DNA of 62,835 nucleotides, counting the filler, from Octopus bimaculoides (Eukaryota): the NCBI RefSeq assembly GCF_001194135.2. It is 7 parts of 5 records of this genome, joined end to end, with 100 filler letters (N's around TTAATTAATTAA, not from the genome) between each part and the next. Parts side by side here need not be neighbours in the genome. Positions count along the whole stretch, not along the records: positions 19,058 to 30,130 come from NC_068985.1; positions 30,231 to 43,968 come from NC_069006.1; 5 more parts are not named here. The stretch is one strand, 5' to 3'. The notes under the pieces are model-generated. The model had not been told where the DNA came from and did no database searches. It was given only the letters and a program-made list of their open reading frames with translations. Both the position numbers and the translations under genes were made by a program. How positions within the stretch are numbered: the stretch's first letter is position 1; every line of letters starts with the position of its first letter. Below, piece after piece: positions 24,105 through 38,195 of the stretch.

Positions 24105-24778
24105 NNNNNNNNNNNNNNNNNNNNNNNNNNNNNNNNNNNNNNNNNNNNNNNNNNNNNNNNNNNNNNNNNNNNNNNNNNNNNNNNNNNNNNNNNNNNNNNN
24201 NNNNNNNNNNNNNNNNNNNNNNNNNNNNNNNNNNNNNNNNNNNNNNNNNNNNNNNNNNNNNNNNNNNNNNNNNNNNNNNNNNNNNNNNNNNNNNNNNNNN
24301 NNNNNNNNNNNNNNNNNNNNNNNNNNNNNNNNNNNNNNNNNNNNNNNNNNNNNNNNNNNNNNNNNNNNNNNNNNNNNNNNNNNNNNNNNNNNNNNNNNNN
24401 NNNNNNNNNNNNNNNNNNNNNNNNNNNNNNNNNNNNNNNNNNNNNNNNNNNNNNNNNNNNNNNNNNNNNNNNNNNNNNNNNNNNNNNNNNNNNNNNNNNN
24501 NNNNNNNNNNNNNNNNNNNNNNNNNNNNNNNNNNNNNNNNNNNNNNNNNNNNNNNNNNNNNNNNNNNNNNNNNNNNNNNNNNNNNNNNNNNNNNNNNNNN
24601 NNNNNNNNNNNNNNNNNNNNNNNNNNNNNNNNNNNNNNNNNNNNNNNNNNNNNNNNNNNNNNNNNNNNNNNNNNNNNNNNNNNNNNNNNNNNNNNNNNNN
24701 NNNNNNNNNNNNNNNNNNNNNNNNNNNNNNNNNNNNNNNNNNNNNNNNNNNNNNNNNNNNNNNNNNNNNNNNNNNNNG

Positions 24779-24825
24779 GGTTATGGTTAACAGTCTAGTT
24801 AGGGTTAGGGTTAAGGTTAGGGGAT
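24779..24825. repeat. Degenerate TTAGGG-type repeat next to a gap
   Basis: ggttatggttaacagtctagttagggttagggttaaggttagggg. Confidence 0.6.
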
Positions 24826-26353
24826 TACTACGATATACACCGTTACAGCGCTAACTGTTTTCAACTGAATAGACGTCAGTGATTAGTAGAAATTATCGAA
24901 ATAAGACAATTTTTTACATGAAATAAATTCGAATACAAAATTTTTTTTGTGTTCTATAACACAAAATAGATAAGTATACGAATTTTGAAAGTCTTTCGGT
25001 ACCAAAAACACTACATAAAACATAAATGAAAACTGGTGCCCCCGTTTCGAACAAGATCCGCACTGGGGATCGGTGCAATAAACTAACCCCCACTTCCCCC
25101 CAAATTTCAGGCCTTGAAATTATTATTATTATTATTATTATGTTTATATTTCGTTCTTGTTTTCTTTGAGCCCTTGAGAAATTGCTGTTGCTGTTGAAAA
25201 GAATTCCTCTCGATATTTTTCTGATTCTTTACGTTCTAAGTTCAATTCTTGCAGGAGTCAACTTTGTCTTTCATCCATCCAGGATTGATATAAATAAGCT
25301 GGTATCAACTACTCTAACCAAGTCAAAATTGCTGGCTTTGTGTCAACGTTTGAGCAATTATTATCAGTATATTTTTTGTTGTTGTTGTTGTTGTTGTTGC
25401 CTTCATCATTTTTGCTGTTTTTGTTTTTTCATCCTTCCGATAACTGAGTGCCACCTACACAAGCAGACGCTTACAGCCCGCCAGTGACGCCCTCTAGAGG
25501 GACAAACGTCGGATCACCTGGTGAGTTTTATTGAGTCTGATTGATTAAGAAAGCTTATCTTCAAGCAGAGAGTGTGACTAAGCTCCGGCTTAACATTGAT
25601 ATATAACAACACCGTGTCATCATTTTAACTGTTTTCCTTCTCTTGCTCTCCTCCTCCTCCTTATCTTTCTCGTCCACCTTATCCCCCACGTCCGTATCCT
25701 CGTCCTCCTTAACATCTTCTTCTTCTTCCTCCTCCTCCCCTTTATCTTCTCTGTCTTCCTTATCCCCCTCCTCCGTATCCTTCTCCTCCTTTTCTTTCTC
25801 TTCCTTATTCTTCTCCTCTTTCTCCTTCTCTTTGTCCTTCCAGTCGAATACTGGAGTTGATGTCATCGACCAGTTCCATCTCCCAACATTTCATGTCTTC
25901 TGCCTGAAGTAGAAAGGGTTATACCAGAACTTGACTGCACTTATTCTATCGATCCTCAAAGGATGAAAGGTAAAATCGACCTCGGCAGTATTTAGATCAT
26001 AAATACAGAAGAAATTATGTTAAGCGTTTAATCCAATGTGCTAGCTAATCTTCCAGCTCACCGTCTTATCAATAATAATAATAATAATAATCCTCTCTAT
26101 TAAAAGCACAAGGCCTGAAATTTGGGGGAGGGGGGCTAGTCGATTACATCGATCCCAGTGCATAACTGGTACTTATTTTATTGATGCCGGAAGAATAAAA
26201 GGCAAAGTCGACCTCGGCAGAATTTTAACTGAGAACGCAGCGACGGACGAAGCATTTTGCCTGGTTGTCAAGTGGTGGGGATCGGGGAGACATAAAACAC
26301 GAACACAAAGACACTCATATACACATAACACACACGTATATATATATATATAT

Positions 26354-26881
26354 ATATATTATTTTGTTTAAAAGAGTTCCAACACTATCTGTTTTTTATG
26401 TTTTATTTATATTCCTGCAGAACCAATGTGGGGTATAGAATATGGAATATACAATATATAATATAATATACAATATATAATATNNNNNNNNNNNNNNNNN
26501 NNNNNNNNNNNNNNNNNNNNNNNNNNNNNNNNNNNNNNNNNNNNNNNNNNNNNNNNNNNNNNNNNNNNNNNNNNNNNNNNNNNNNNNNNNNNNNNNNNNN
26601 NNNNNNNNNNNNNNNNNNNNNNNNNNNNNNNNNNNNNNNNNNNNNNNNNNNNNNNNNNNNNNNNNNNNNNNNNNNNNNNNNNNNNNNNNNNNNGAACACT
26701 CAATATTTCATCTACATTCAATACTTTATTTCATGGTGCCATCCATTTTTATTTTATTTTATTTTATTTTATATTATATATTGTATATTCCATATTCTAT
26801 ACCCCACACTGGTTCTGCAGGAATATAAATAAAACATAAAAAACAGACAGTGTTGGAACTCTTTTAAACAAAATAATATAT
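26354..26881. repeat. 113-bp inverted repeat pair (26354-26466 / 26769-26881) around a gap; possible foldback element or MITE
   Basis: The arms are identical except for 2 transitions (cactAtctg/cactGtctg; accaAtgtg/accaGtgtg). Confidence 0.8.
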
Positions 26882-26934
26882 TCTTCTATACACAATCATA
26901 CAAAAACCCCACCTTTTTTGTATTTATTTTTACT

Positions 26935-26966
<32 letters not shown>

Positions 26967-27625
26967 CGACGGACTTCTTTCAGTTTCCATCTGCCAAATC
27001 CACTCACAAGGCATTGATCGGCCCGAGGTTATAGTAGAAGACACTTGCCTAAGCTTCTCAACCACACAACCACGCTTTTCTTTATATATATTAGTAATAC
27101 TTTGTTATATGACCTGATATCTATTGTCAGCCTTTTTATGGTTTTGTTCACTCGTGTGTGTGTGTGTGTGTGTGTGTATCTTTCTCATTCATGCTTTAAC
27201 GGCGAGTACTAAAAAGCGCAATCGGTTAGCAGGAGATATCTCGCGGTATCATGGCTTCGTCTAATTAATGATGAGCAAGTATGTAATACTATTTAGGCGT
27301 ATGTAAAGGCCCCGAACTAATGCTCAGATTGGGTCGTTCTGTTTATGAGTCATGCGCTATAAATATTAGTATGAAATTATATATAAACCTACAGATATGC
27401 TGTTACTTTTTGTCGTCAAATAAGTAGGTGTATGTGTACGAATGTAAGAATGTATGTATGTATGTATGTATGTATGTATGTATGTATGTATGTATGTATG
27501 TATGTATGTATGTATGTGTGTGTGTGTGTTTGTCTGTATGTATGTATATGTGTGTATGTATATATGTACATGTATACGTTTTACAAATATAGTCACATGT
27601 TTACTTATATGTATGCATATGTGTT

Positions 27626-27675
<50 letters not shown>

Positions 27676-27676
27676 T

Positions 27677-27709
<33 letters not shown>

Positions 27710-28702
27710 CTTTATCTATTTATATATGTATATATATATATATATATAAACAAACAAACGCATACCGCGCACAAGAATACACATATGCACATACACGAAT
27801 ACGCACGCGCATAAGCACAGAAACACACGGTCACACACACAAACACACACACACACACACACACACACATTTTTCTATTTCTGTCGTTATATGTGGTTAT
27901 TTTTCATCCTGATTGGGAGCAGCGAGTTCCCATGAAACACAAGGAGTGGTTCACTTCCGAATTATATTTCATTATGGCTTGATTCTTCGACAGGCATCGG
28001 TGCAGAACTGAAACAGAAGTAACCCTTAGAAAGTGCAAATACTTTTGGAAGTATTAGCCCCTCCATTACCACCGTTACCGTAATCCGCTAACCCTCGAGG
28101 GCAAACCCTATCGTGCCTCCATCACAGACGGAACCGTGAAACCATGTCATACGAATACCACAAACAACGCCTCCAATACGAGGACCGTAAAAGCCATGCT
28201 GTGAGGCCACAATTATTCAGCGTTAGGCCCAGTGAGTGAATGTATCATTCGTAAATTTAATAGTGCTCTCACTGCATCCAGCTGCGAACTAGTCCATCTT
28301 GTGATGCCTACTTATAGTTAGATTGTGAAATATAGATGTGGTAATGAGAAGAAAGTGGTTTGAATTTGTGGGTTTTCGAGTAGCTGTTATACATTTGGAA
28401 ATTGTAGAGGAGCAAAAGCCATTGTTTTCATGATGGGTGAAGTAGAGAGATAGAGGCGAGAGAACAATGAAAAAGTCATTATTCGCTTTTGGAGGGCGAG
28501 GAAGGGGAGCATGATCTATAGCGAAAATACTCTCTTAGATGTGTGAGAAATATGACGTTGCAGAATTTAGTATCAATGGCGGTTTGAAGCCAAAGATACA
28601 TTTTTGATATGGAATAAGAAATACAGCTTTGTGAAGCAAGCGTGAGGATCCTTGTTGAAGGCGGATTAAATGAATATATGTGGATAGCTATGAGACGTCA
28701 GT

Positions 28703-29086
28703 GGAGGCGCAATGGCCCAGTGGTGAGGGCAGCGGACTCGCGGTCATAGGATCGCGGTTTCGATTCCCAGACCGGGCGTTGTGAGTGTTTATTGAGCGAA
28801 AACACCTAAAGCTCCACGAGGCTCCGACAGGGGATGGTGGCGAACCCTGCTGTACTCTTCCACCACAACTTTCTCTCACTCTTACTTCCTGTTTCTGTTG
28901 TGCCTGTAATTCAAAGGGTCAGCCTTGTCACACTGTGTCACGCTGAATATCCCCGAGAACTACGTTAAGGGTACACGTGTCTGTGGAGTGCTCAGCCATT
29001 TGGACTTTAATTTCACGAGCAGGCTGTTCCGTTGATCGGATCAACTGGAACCCTTGATCTAGTAAGCGACGGAGTGCCAACAACAA
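28703..29086 (+). mobile_element. Full-length SINE family B with 10-bp TSD
   Basis: tgagacgtca at 28691-28700 and 29088-29097; same consensus as 5883-6268. A head-only fragment lies at ~22594-22652. Confidence 0.9.
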
Positions 29087-29819
29087 GTGAGACGTCATAA
29101 GAGGAAGCATAAAGTGATTACTATAAGAAGAGATACAGAAATGGAATAGGACACAACAAAATTTCGATGTAGGCGGTATGCACAGAACTGCACCAATTAC
29201 CCAACCGTTCTGGAAATAGCTGCAAAGAACGTATCTATGATTTCTAAGCCATTTACGTGCGACACTGTTCGTCTACCTACCAAAGTATATCGTATGAAAA
29301 CTATGGACTTCCTTATTAGCTGATCCTTATCACAGCTATTAAGTACTCTCCTTAGTTGTGACTTTTCTTGATATTCTGTTATATATATATACTCATTTAT
29401 ATATATTGGTTTTTCTATGTTTATATATCTATATATTGTACTGTATTAGTATAACTATATTATAATATGACCTGATATCTGTTGTCTTCTAGCTTATGTT
29501 TTTGTTTTGTTACATACACACACACGCATGCGTATATGGATGGATGGATGGATGGAAAACAAGACTGATCAATTAAGGAATGGCAGGACAGGTTGACAAT
29601 AAGTAAATATACGAAAACATACTCAAAATTACGAAACACAAATATCTAAATCTGTATATTTTCCGAAAATGTAGGCGGTATGTCTGACACAAAAGGAATA
29701 GATGACAGGGTGACAAAGGATATTAGTACGTGTCATTCAGCTAGGATGAGAAAAGCAGTGACAACATACCAGAGACGTCTTGGCAGGAGAAACAGAACAT
29801 CATACATGGGTGTCTTTTA

Positions 29820-30130
29820 TATTTTACTTGTATACGTATATTTATAGGATCATGCTCAAAGAGGTATCGTCATTCGCACGCACCATCTTTGCTACATTCA
29901 CCCATCTTTTAATGAAACTTTCACGAGACAAAACCTGCCTAAAGTAAGTTTTCGTCTCTAATCCATTCTTTCACCATGGCCACCAGTATGATGAACACTG
30001 GCTTGCCTTCCCTGTTGAGGGACGGTGGCGGAGCAATTTGCACAATAGACTCGGCTGACAGGCGGACTCGTCCCACACGTGACAGCAGCCGTTTGGCATA
30101 AGCCCACAGGTCGGAAATCTTTGGACACTG
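29820..30130 (-). mobile_element. 3' end of an L1/Tx1-like ORF2
   Basis: QCPKISDLWAYAKRLLSRVG...FIILVAMVKEWI and RQVLSRESFIKRWVNVAKMVRANDDTSLSMIL* (stop at 29842-29844). It runs into a spacer. The clade is assigned from recalled resemblance. Confidence 0.55.
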
Positions 30131-31169
30131 NNNNNNNNNNNNNNNNNNNNNNNNNNNNNNNNNNNNNNNNNNNNTTAATTAATTAANNNNNNNNNNNNNN
30201 NNNNNNNNNNNNNNNNNNNNNNNNNNNNNNTATATATATATATATATGAGTACGAGAGAGAAAGATACAGAGATCTGTTAGAATTATATAAGCGTATAGT
30301 GTATGTTTGGAGAGATTTCTATATGTTGTGTGATTTATGTCTACGTACGTGTGCAAATAGACAATTCCACTCGATAGGTAATAAGCGTATTTCTATCAAA
30401 CCGTATACCTCAAAGCAAAATGGCGTATGGAACACCAATCTCAGTAGCTCGCTTTATTTTTCTTTTTCTTTTTTTTTTCTTTTCGAAGAATCAATATAGG
30501 ATGTGTTAAGTTGTCGCCTTTTTTTGATGAACTCTTACCTACGCAGGGGAGTATACAATAACGATTTCTTAATTAGGCATGAAGTACTTTTGCATGATAA
30601 ATCAACTCAATTGTCTTAATCGTCGCACAGTGCCGAAGACGAACAGAGATAAATTGCAAGCGAGATAGAGAGAGAGAATAAATACGAATCGATTTTTACT
30701 CTATTCGGTTTACGGTACAATACAATAATTACTGGAAAATGAGTAGAAATAAACCGGTAGATAATTAACCTTACCCGCACCCTTATCAACTTAGGTTTTG
30801 TTTCCATTAAACTGTGACAATTTCCTTTTAAGTAAATCCTGTATTTTCATTACCGTGTAAACTAGAAATGGTACATTCATTGATGTATGTTATATCCTAC
30901 TACAAGCCAATCAGTCTCGAAACTAATTAACTAATGTTTGTTTTAATATTTTATCACGTTATAGAACAGTAGACAAAAGCTTCCATTTTTTTTTTTCGCA
31001 TTATTGGTTTGTTCTATAAGTACATGTCCAAATTGTGCCGAAGTTTTCTTGGCAATTCATCCTTTGGGAATAAGCGAAATAAGTACCAGTTGAGCCGTGG
31101 AGTCGGTGTTATCGACCAGCCAAAATTTCAGGCCTTGAGCCAAAATTTGAAACCACGGTCGCAGCGAGC

Positions 31170-31400
31170 GGGCAGAATCGTTAGTACGCCGGGCGAATCG
31201 TTAGCACGCTCAGCGGTAATTCGTCTGCCCTTATGTTCTGAGTTCAAATTCCACCGAGGTCGACTTTGCCTTTCATCCTTTCGGGGTCGATAAATTAAGT
31301 ACCAGTTACGCACTGGGGTCGATGTAATCGACTTAATCCCTTTGTCTGTCCTTGTTTGTCCCCCTCTATGTTTAGCCCCTTGTGGGCAATAAAGAAATAA
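31170..31400 (+). mobile_element. SINE family C, near full length
   Basis: Head ggcagaatcgttagtacgccgggcgaa, conserved core, and 3' end gccccttgtgggcaataaagaaataag. A near-identical copy lies at ~41600-41835. Confidence 0.85.
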
Positions 31401-31784
31401 GAAAATTTTCCTCAATAAGCTACGTCTTCCCAATGCAAGCACAGAAAAGCTCTTGTAAAAACAAGGATGACGAAACAAGCAAAATATAAAACATAGTTTA
31501 TCCTTCCTGTCTTTTTCCCTCGTTAGAGTCATTGGACTGTGGTCATGCTGGAGCACCACCTTGAAAAATTGGAGGGTACAACAGTTATACAAACCACTAC
31601 CCCCCCTTGAGATTCGAACTTATAACCCCAGGTTTACGAGACCAGTGCTCTAAACCACTGAGCTATAGGGGATCTCATGTATGTATTATTTAAGTGCAAA
31701 TGTATGCCTTTGTTTGTGGGTATTTGTATATTTGTAAGAGGAATAGAGTAGGGGTGAGAGGAGAGAAAGCGTTAGCTTAAAAGG

Positions 31785-31826
<42 letters not shown>

Positions 31827-32023
31827 TGATTTTCATTAGTCAGCAAAAATTAATGTGTGCGTATCATCGACAGGCAGTCCGGATTTGAAGACAACGAACA
31901 GACGTCCGTAATCGCCTCAGATCTGCAGTCGACGTGCGATGTGCAAATGGAGGTATGTGCTTGTACACATGTATGATATGCATGTCTGTAGGTGTGCATG
32001 TGTATGCATATGTATCTGCCTGC

Positions 32024-32077
<54 letters not shown>

Positions 32078-32831
32078 CCACACACACCATATATANNNNN
32101 NNNNNNNNNNNNNNNNNNNNNNNNNNNNNNNNNNNNNNNNNNNNNNNNNNNNNNNNNNNNNNNNNNNNNNNNNNNNNNNNNNNNNNNNNNNNNNNNNNNN
32201 NNNNNNNNNNNNNNNNNNNNNNNNNNNNNNNNNNNNNNNNNNNNNNNNNNNNNNNNNNNNNNNNNNNNNNNNNNNNNNNNNNNNNNNNNNNNNNNNNNNN
32301 NNNNNNNNNNNNNNNNNNNNNNNNNNNNNNNNNNNNNNNNNNNNNNNNNNNNNNNNNNNNNNNNNNNNNNNNNNNNNNNNNNNNNNNNNNNNNNNNNNNN
32401 NNNNNNNNNNNNNNNNNNNNNNNNNNNNNNNNNNNNNNNNNNNNNNNNNNNNNNNNNNNNNNNNNNNNNNNNNNNNNNNNNNNNNNNNNNNNNNNNNNNN
32501 NNGAATACACTTTCTCGCAGAAAAAGGGTTCCCTCGCTGCAAAACCCTTATTGGATTAACAGGAATACTTTCCTGACAATCAAACCGAGTTAAGAGACGG
32601 ACTGGGCAAATGAAACGTTTTATTAGTGGAAGGGGGGGGGGTACGATGAAGGGAAGGAGGGTGGTAGTAGTAAAGGTGGTGGTGGTGGTGATAGTAGTAG
32701 TAGTAGTAGTGGTAGTGTTGGTGGTACTGTTGGCAGTTATGGTGTTTGTTGTGGTGGTGGTGGCGGTTGTGTTTGCGGTGATTGTCGTAGTAGTGGTGGT
32801 GGTGGTGGTGGTGGTGTGGAGGGTGATTGCC

Positions 32832-32865
<34 letters not shown>

Positions 32866-33636
32866 AGGTGATCGTCGTCGTTGTCGCGATGGTTGCGGTG
32901 TATCCCAGCATTGAGATCAGATCTGGATGAAGAATTGTTATATGGTAACAGTTGAAAATTCAAATTTTTAAAAGAACTCTCAAAATTTATGAACTTACAA
33001 ATTTTTCATTTAAACTGAATTTAAAGTAGTACCATACTGGTAGGGTAATACCATAGTGGCAGGGCACCAATAAATGCTTTGTTATTATTGCTCAGTCTAG
33101 TTTTGGGGCGCAGGTGCCATCAGCCCTCCTCAGAAGCTCGCCCAAAGGTCCGCACGGACTGCAGCTTTTAAGCTAGTATTATTATATTGTCGAGTAGCAT
33201 ATTCCCGGTTACGGCATATAACTGGTTTTATGTGTATATAAATAATAATGTTATACATATAAAAGGTCTAAAGTACAGAAATTATCTGTTCGTGTATTGG
33301 TTTATACTGTTATTTTAGAATTATATAATAAATGGCAAACACGATTTCACCTAATCCCTATGTACATGTTTATGTATTAATGCCCACACATACACACACA
33401 CACACACATAGACACACGCGCACACACTTCTATTATGTATTTTTACAGAGAGACGGAGGAATATGTAACGCATACAACTATATAACACACACACATATAT
33501 ATAAATATACATACATAAATAGGTACATAGGCACATGCGCACATACAGACACACACATACATCTAGACAAACACACACATATAAAATATAGGCTGAGAAG
33601 GGAGGAGAAAAAAAATATCTGTTTGGCTGAGTGTGG

Positions 33637-33671
<35 letters not shown>

Positions 33672-34252
33672 CGAGCGAATTCTGTTGTATTTTTTTATAT
33701 GTAAGCGAATATTAAAATGTCAACTTATGTTTTTAAGGTCAAAGAGCATTGCCTCCTTGAGGCAAAGCCATTAATAGACTTTTGATTGTTCCACTGTTCC
33801 TGCTGACTTCGTTTTATATTCTCGAACTTGAGTGTATCGTCATTATTATTATTACTATTATTATTATTATTATTATTATTATTTCCTGCATAGTCTGCAC
33901 CACCGAGCGCAGCACTGTTGACCAACGATATGGTTCTGTCGTTAGTTTTCCTATTATTATATTTACTTCTCTATGTCTGGCGAATCTGCTGTGTCTAGCA
34001 GCGCTTTGTTTTTTTTTTTTTGTTTTTTTTATGTCTTGTTTGTTAGATATATTTGTAAAGCCTGAGGTCCTGGTTCCGTATATGTCAGCATGTTATTTTG
34101 ACCATACCTAAAGCGCCTATTTTTTTTCAGGGATTGTTTTTCCCCCCAGGTTCCACGTTCGGGTTATCTCTGTATCCCACATCCTTGTACTTCGAGAGTT
34201 TCTCCTTTATCATTTAGATATGCATTGCCATTTATCATCAACATCATCATCA

Positions 34253-34296
<44 letters not shown>

Positions 34297-34658
34297 GTGA
34301 AGAGGGTGGTGTGGGCAGAATCCCTAGCAAACCGCAAAAAATACTTAACACCATTTCGACCGTCTTTACGTTCTGGATTCAAATTCCATCGCAGTCAAAT
34401 TTGCCTTTCATTCTTCGGGGGTCCATCCTTCCGGGGTTCAGTAGTGGTGTAGATGTAATCGACTATGCCACACCCCTAAAATTTGAGACTCGAACTCACA
34501 TCCCTGTGATTACGCGTCAATTGCTTAGGGATGTGAGTTCGAGTCTCATGGCTGGCCGGTAACGTTTTTTTTCTGCAACGTATGGCTAATTTATCCTGAT
34601 CACGCTATTTATTAGCATTATCACGTGTTCGAGAATAAAAAAATATTTCTGTATCTTT

Positions 34659-34703
<45 letters not shown>

Positions 34704-35415
34704 CAGTGTAACCGCATCAGTGACCAAGTCACACTAAGTGCGATGAAAACTTTTGACACCGAATAATAAATGGTTAAGTGAAGTTACCAATCTTTGTGTG
34801 TTTTTAACTGGTTAATATATATCTTCCACGCTGTAATTGCTTTAGTCTTAGCACATAATCTCAAAGCAGCCAATTGCCTGGCAACGGCAGCTTCACCCGC
34901 GAAAGAATATTTACATTCCTTTTAGGTCTAAAAACTTGGGAAAAGCCAATCTACTGCGTTGATTTATGAGGAAACTAAGGCAGCCATGACACGAACGATT
35001 GTCTTACTTCAATTTCGGGTATCTGTGGCAGAGCTACGTGATATTACAACAGATTACATAACACTGCTTACATTCAGGAATTCAAAATACTGAAACAATG
35101 TACAATGATATTCGCCCCACTAGAATGTCTGAAATAGCAGACGACATCTCAGAGGTAGGCTTTTCCAATGGGGAATTTCCAGACAGCTCAACATACCGGG
35201 TCAAGAAATTTAAACAGCAGCGGCAGCGGTAGTAGTAGTAGTAGTAGTAGGTTAACTCTTACCTCTTGCTTGTTTCACTCATCAGACTGCGGCCACACTG
35301 GGGCACACCCTAAACAAATTGTACTTAACTTTTTGTACTTATTCTATCAGTCTTTAATGCCAAACCGCTAGTTTTGAGAACGTAAAACACAATATCAGTT
35401 TTCAAGCAGTGCAGA

Positions 35416-35487
<72 letters not shown>

Positions 35488-36452
35488 NNNNNNNNNNNNN
35501 NNNNNNNNNNNNNNNNNNNNNNNNNNNNNNNNNNNNNNNNNNNNNNNNNNNNNNNNNNNNNNNNNNNNNNNNNNNNNNNNNNNNNNNNNNNNNNNNNNNN
35601 NNNNNNNNNNNNNNNNNNNNNNNNNNNNNNNNNNNNNNNNNNNNNNNNNNNNNNNNNNNNNNNNNNNNNNNNNNNNNNNNNNNNNNNNNNNNNNNNNNNN
35701 NNNNNNNNNNNNNNNNNNNNNNNNNNNNNNNNNNNNNNNNNNNNNNNNNNNNNNNNNNNNNNNNNNNNNNNNNNNNNNNNNNNNNNNNNNNNNNNNNNNN
35801 NNNNNNNNNNNNNNNNNNNNNNNNNNNNNNNNNNNNNNNNNNNNNNNNNNNNNNNNNNNNNNNNNNNNNNNNNNNNNNNNNNNNNNNNNNNNNNNNNNNN
35901 NNNNNNNNNNNNNNNNNNNNNNNNNNNNNNTATATATATATATATATATATGCAGAGAGAGGAAGATGAGAAAATGGCGAGGACCGAACTGACAATTAAT
36001 CGACGCTAAAAGGGTGAAAGGTCAAGTTCATCACGGTGGAGTTTGAACTCGGAACGCAGAGACGCGGAACAAATACCATGCGGCATCCTATCCCATGCTG
36101 CAACGATTCTACTGCCCCACCCCTTCGTTACATATTTATTTCATACTGTTTGTGAGTGTGTGTGTGTATCTATTGATGTCTGTATTTGCGTGTTTGTATG
36201 TAGCAGGGGTGGAATGGGGTGTATGTGGGGGATGGACTGTGAGGTTTGTGTGAGGGGGCACTGTGATGATGTGGGTATGTGAGGGGGGGGACTATGCGTA
36301 TGTATATCTATGTGTATACCCGTTCAAGTCAGTATTTATGTGTGTTCGAGTGCCTGTGATGTCTGCGTGTGTTTACCCGTCATTGAGTATATATTTGTGT
36401 ACGTTTATGTGTGTGTTTGGGTGCGTGTGTACGTCACTCATTCATGTCAATA

Positions 36453-36488
<36 letters not shown>

Positions 36489-36806
36489 AGTGTGCGTATG
36501 TGTACGTGTGTTTACCCATTGTTGTCTATATTTGTCTGCGGGTGTTTATCTGTGTCCGTGTATGCGTGTGTACCCATTGATGTCAATATTTGCGCGCGCG
36601 TCTATGTGTGTGTGTATGTGCGTTTGTGATTATGTGTATGTGTGTACACATTAACTTCTATATATAATCTTTTGTATATCTGTCTGTGTGTCTGAGTGTG
36701 CTAATTTGTGTGTATGTCAGTAAATGTGTATGTGTGGGTACACGTGTATATATGTACCCATCAATGTGTTCATTTATGTGTATATCTGTATATGTATATG
36801 TGTGTG

Positions 36807-36840
<34 letters not shown>

Positions 36841-37239
36841 GATTTATGCCTACATTTATATGAGTATTAATGTGTGTATATCTATGCATATTTATATATA
36901 TATATATATACATATATATATGTGTGTGCTTTTGTGTGTGTGTGAACTAAATTGGTAAGGATTGATGAGTGTGAGCGGATGGATAGAGGAGAGGAAGAGG
37001 TTTGGCAAGCCCAGTGGGGTGGAGGCGTGGCGGAACGGTGGAAGCGCTGGGTTGGGTATATTTTGGAAATTTGGTTGTTGATGAGTTATATGGCACGGGG
37101 ATGGGGTAGATGCATGGGCTGGTACATTGGGATGGAATGCACCCGTAATAAAACGTAAAGGTCATCTGATCGCACTTAAAACAGCAGGCAACAAGCACAG
37201 ATACCCGGGGGCATACACGCATACACATTCATCTCATGC

Positions 37240-37280
<41 letters not shown>

Positions 37281-38164
37281 NNNNNNNNNNNNNNNNNNNN
37301 NNNNNNNNNNNNNNNNNNNNNNNNNNNNNNNNNNNNNNNNNNNNNNNNNNNNNNNNNNNNNNNNNNNNNNNNNNNNNNNNNNNNNNNNNNNNNNNNNNNN
37401 NNNNNNNNNNNNNNNNNNNNNNNNNNNNNNNNNNNNNNNNNNNNNNNNNNNNNNNNNNNNNNNNNNNNNNNNNNNNNNNNNNNNNNNNNNNNNNNNNNNN
37501 NNNNNNNNNNNNNNNNNNNNNNNNNNNNNNNNNNNNNNNNNNNNNNNNNNNNNNNNNNNNNNNNNNNNNNNNNNNNNNNNNNNNNNNNNNNNNNNNNNNN
37601 NNNNNNNNNNNNNNNNNNNNNNNNNNNNNNNNNNNNNNNNNNNNNNNNNNNNNNNNNNNNNNNNNNNNNNNNNNNNNNNNNNNNNNNNNNNNNNNNNNNN
37701 NNNNNNNNNNNNNNNNNNNNNNNNNNNNNNNNNNNNNNNNNNNNNNNNNNNNNNNNNNNNNNNNNNNNNNNNNNNNNNNNNNNNNNNNNNNNNNNNNNNN
37801 NNNNNNNNNNNNNNNNNNNNNNNNNNNNNNNNNNNNNNNNNNNNNNNNNNNNNNNNNNNNNNNNNNNNNNNNNNNNNNNNNNNNNNNNNNNNNNNNNNNN
37901 NNNNNNNNNNNNNNNNNNNNNNNNNNNNNNNNNNNNNNNNNNNNNNNNNNNNNNNNNNNNNNNNNNNNNNNNNNNNNNNNNNNNNNNNNNNNNNNNNNNN
38001 NNNNNNNNNNNNNNNNNNNNNNNNNNNNNNNNNNNNNNNNNNNNNNNNNNTACATGTGTGTGTATATATATATATATACATGTGTGTGTATATATATATA
38101 TATACATGTGTGTGTATATATATATATATACATGTGTGTGTGTATATATATATATATACATGTG

Positions 38165-38195
<31 letters not shown>

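Noticed and set aside
28703-28780. tRNA-like sequences at SINE heads
   Set aside because: They continue directly into SINE bodies with TSDs and do not form a complete cloverleaf, so they are not tRNA genes.
31870-31960. Plus-strand exon-like segments with GT donors (QSGFEDNEQTSVIASDLQSTCDVQME; also MSYEYHKQRLQ... at ~28145-28235)
   Set aside because: The acceptors are poor, the phases do not join into an open frame, and no homology is recognised. The frequency is compatible with chance.
35270-35295. CTGATGAGTGAAAC on the minus strand, resembling a hammerhead core
   Set aside because: There is no stem II between the core boxes. It is a mutated SINE A tail (normally cagtcaaatgactgaaac).
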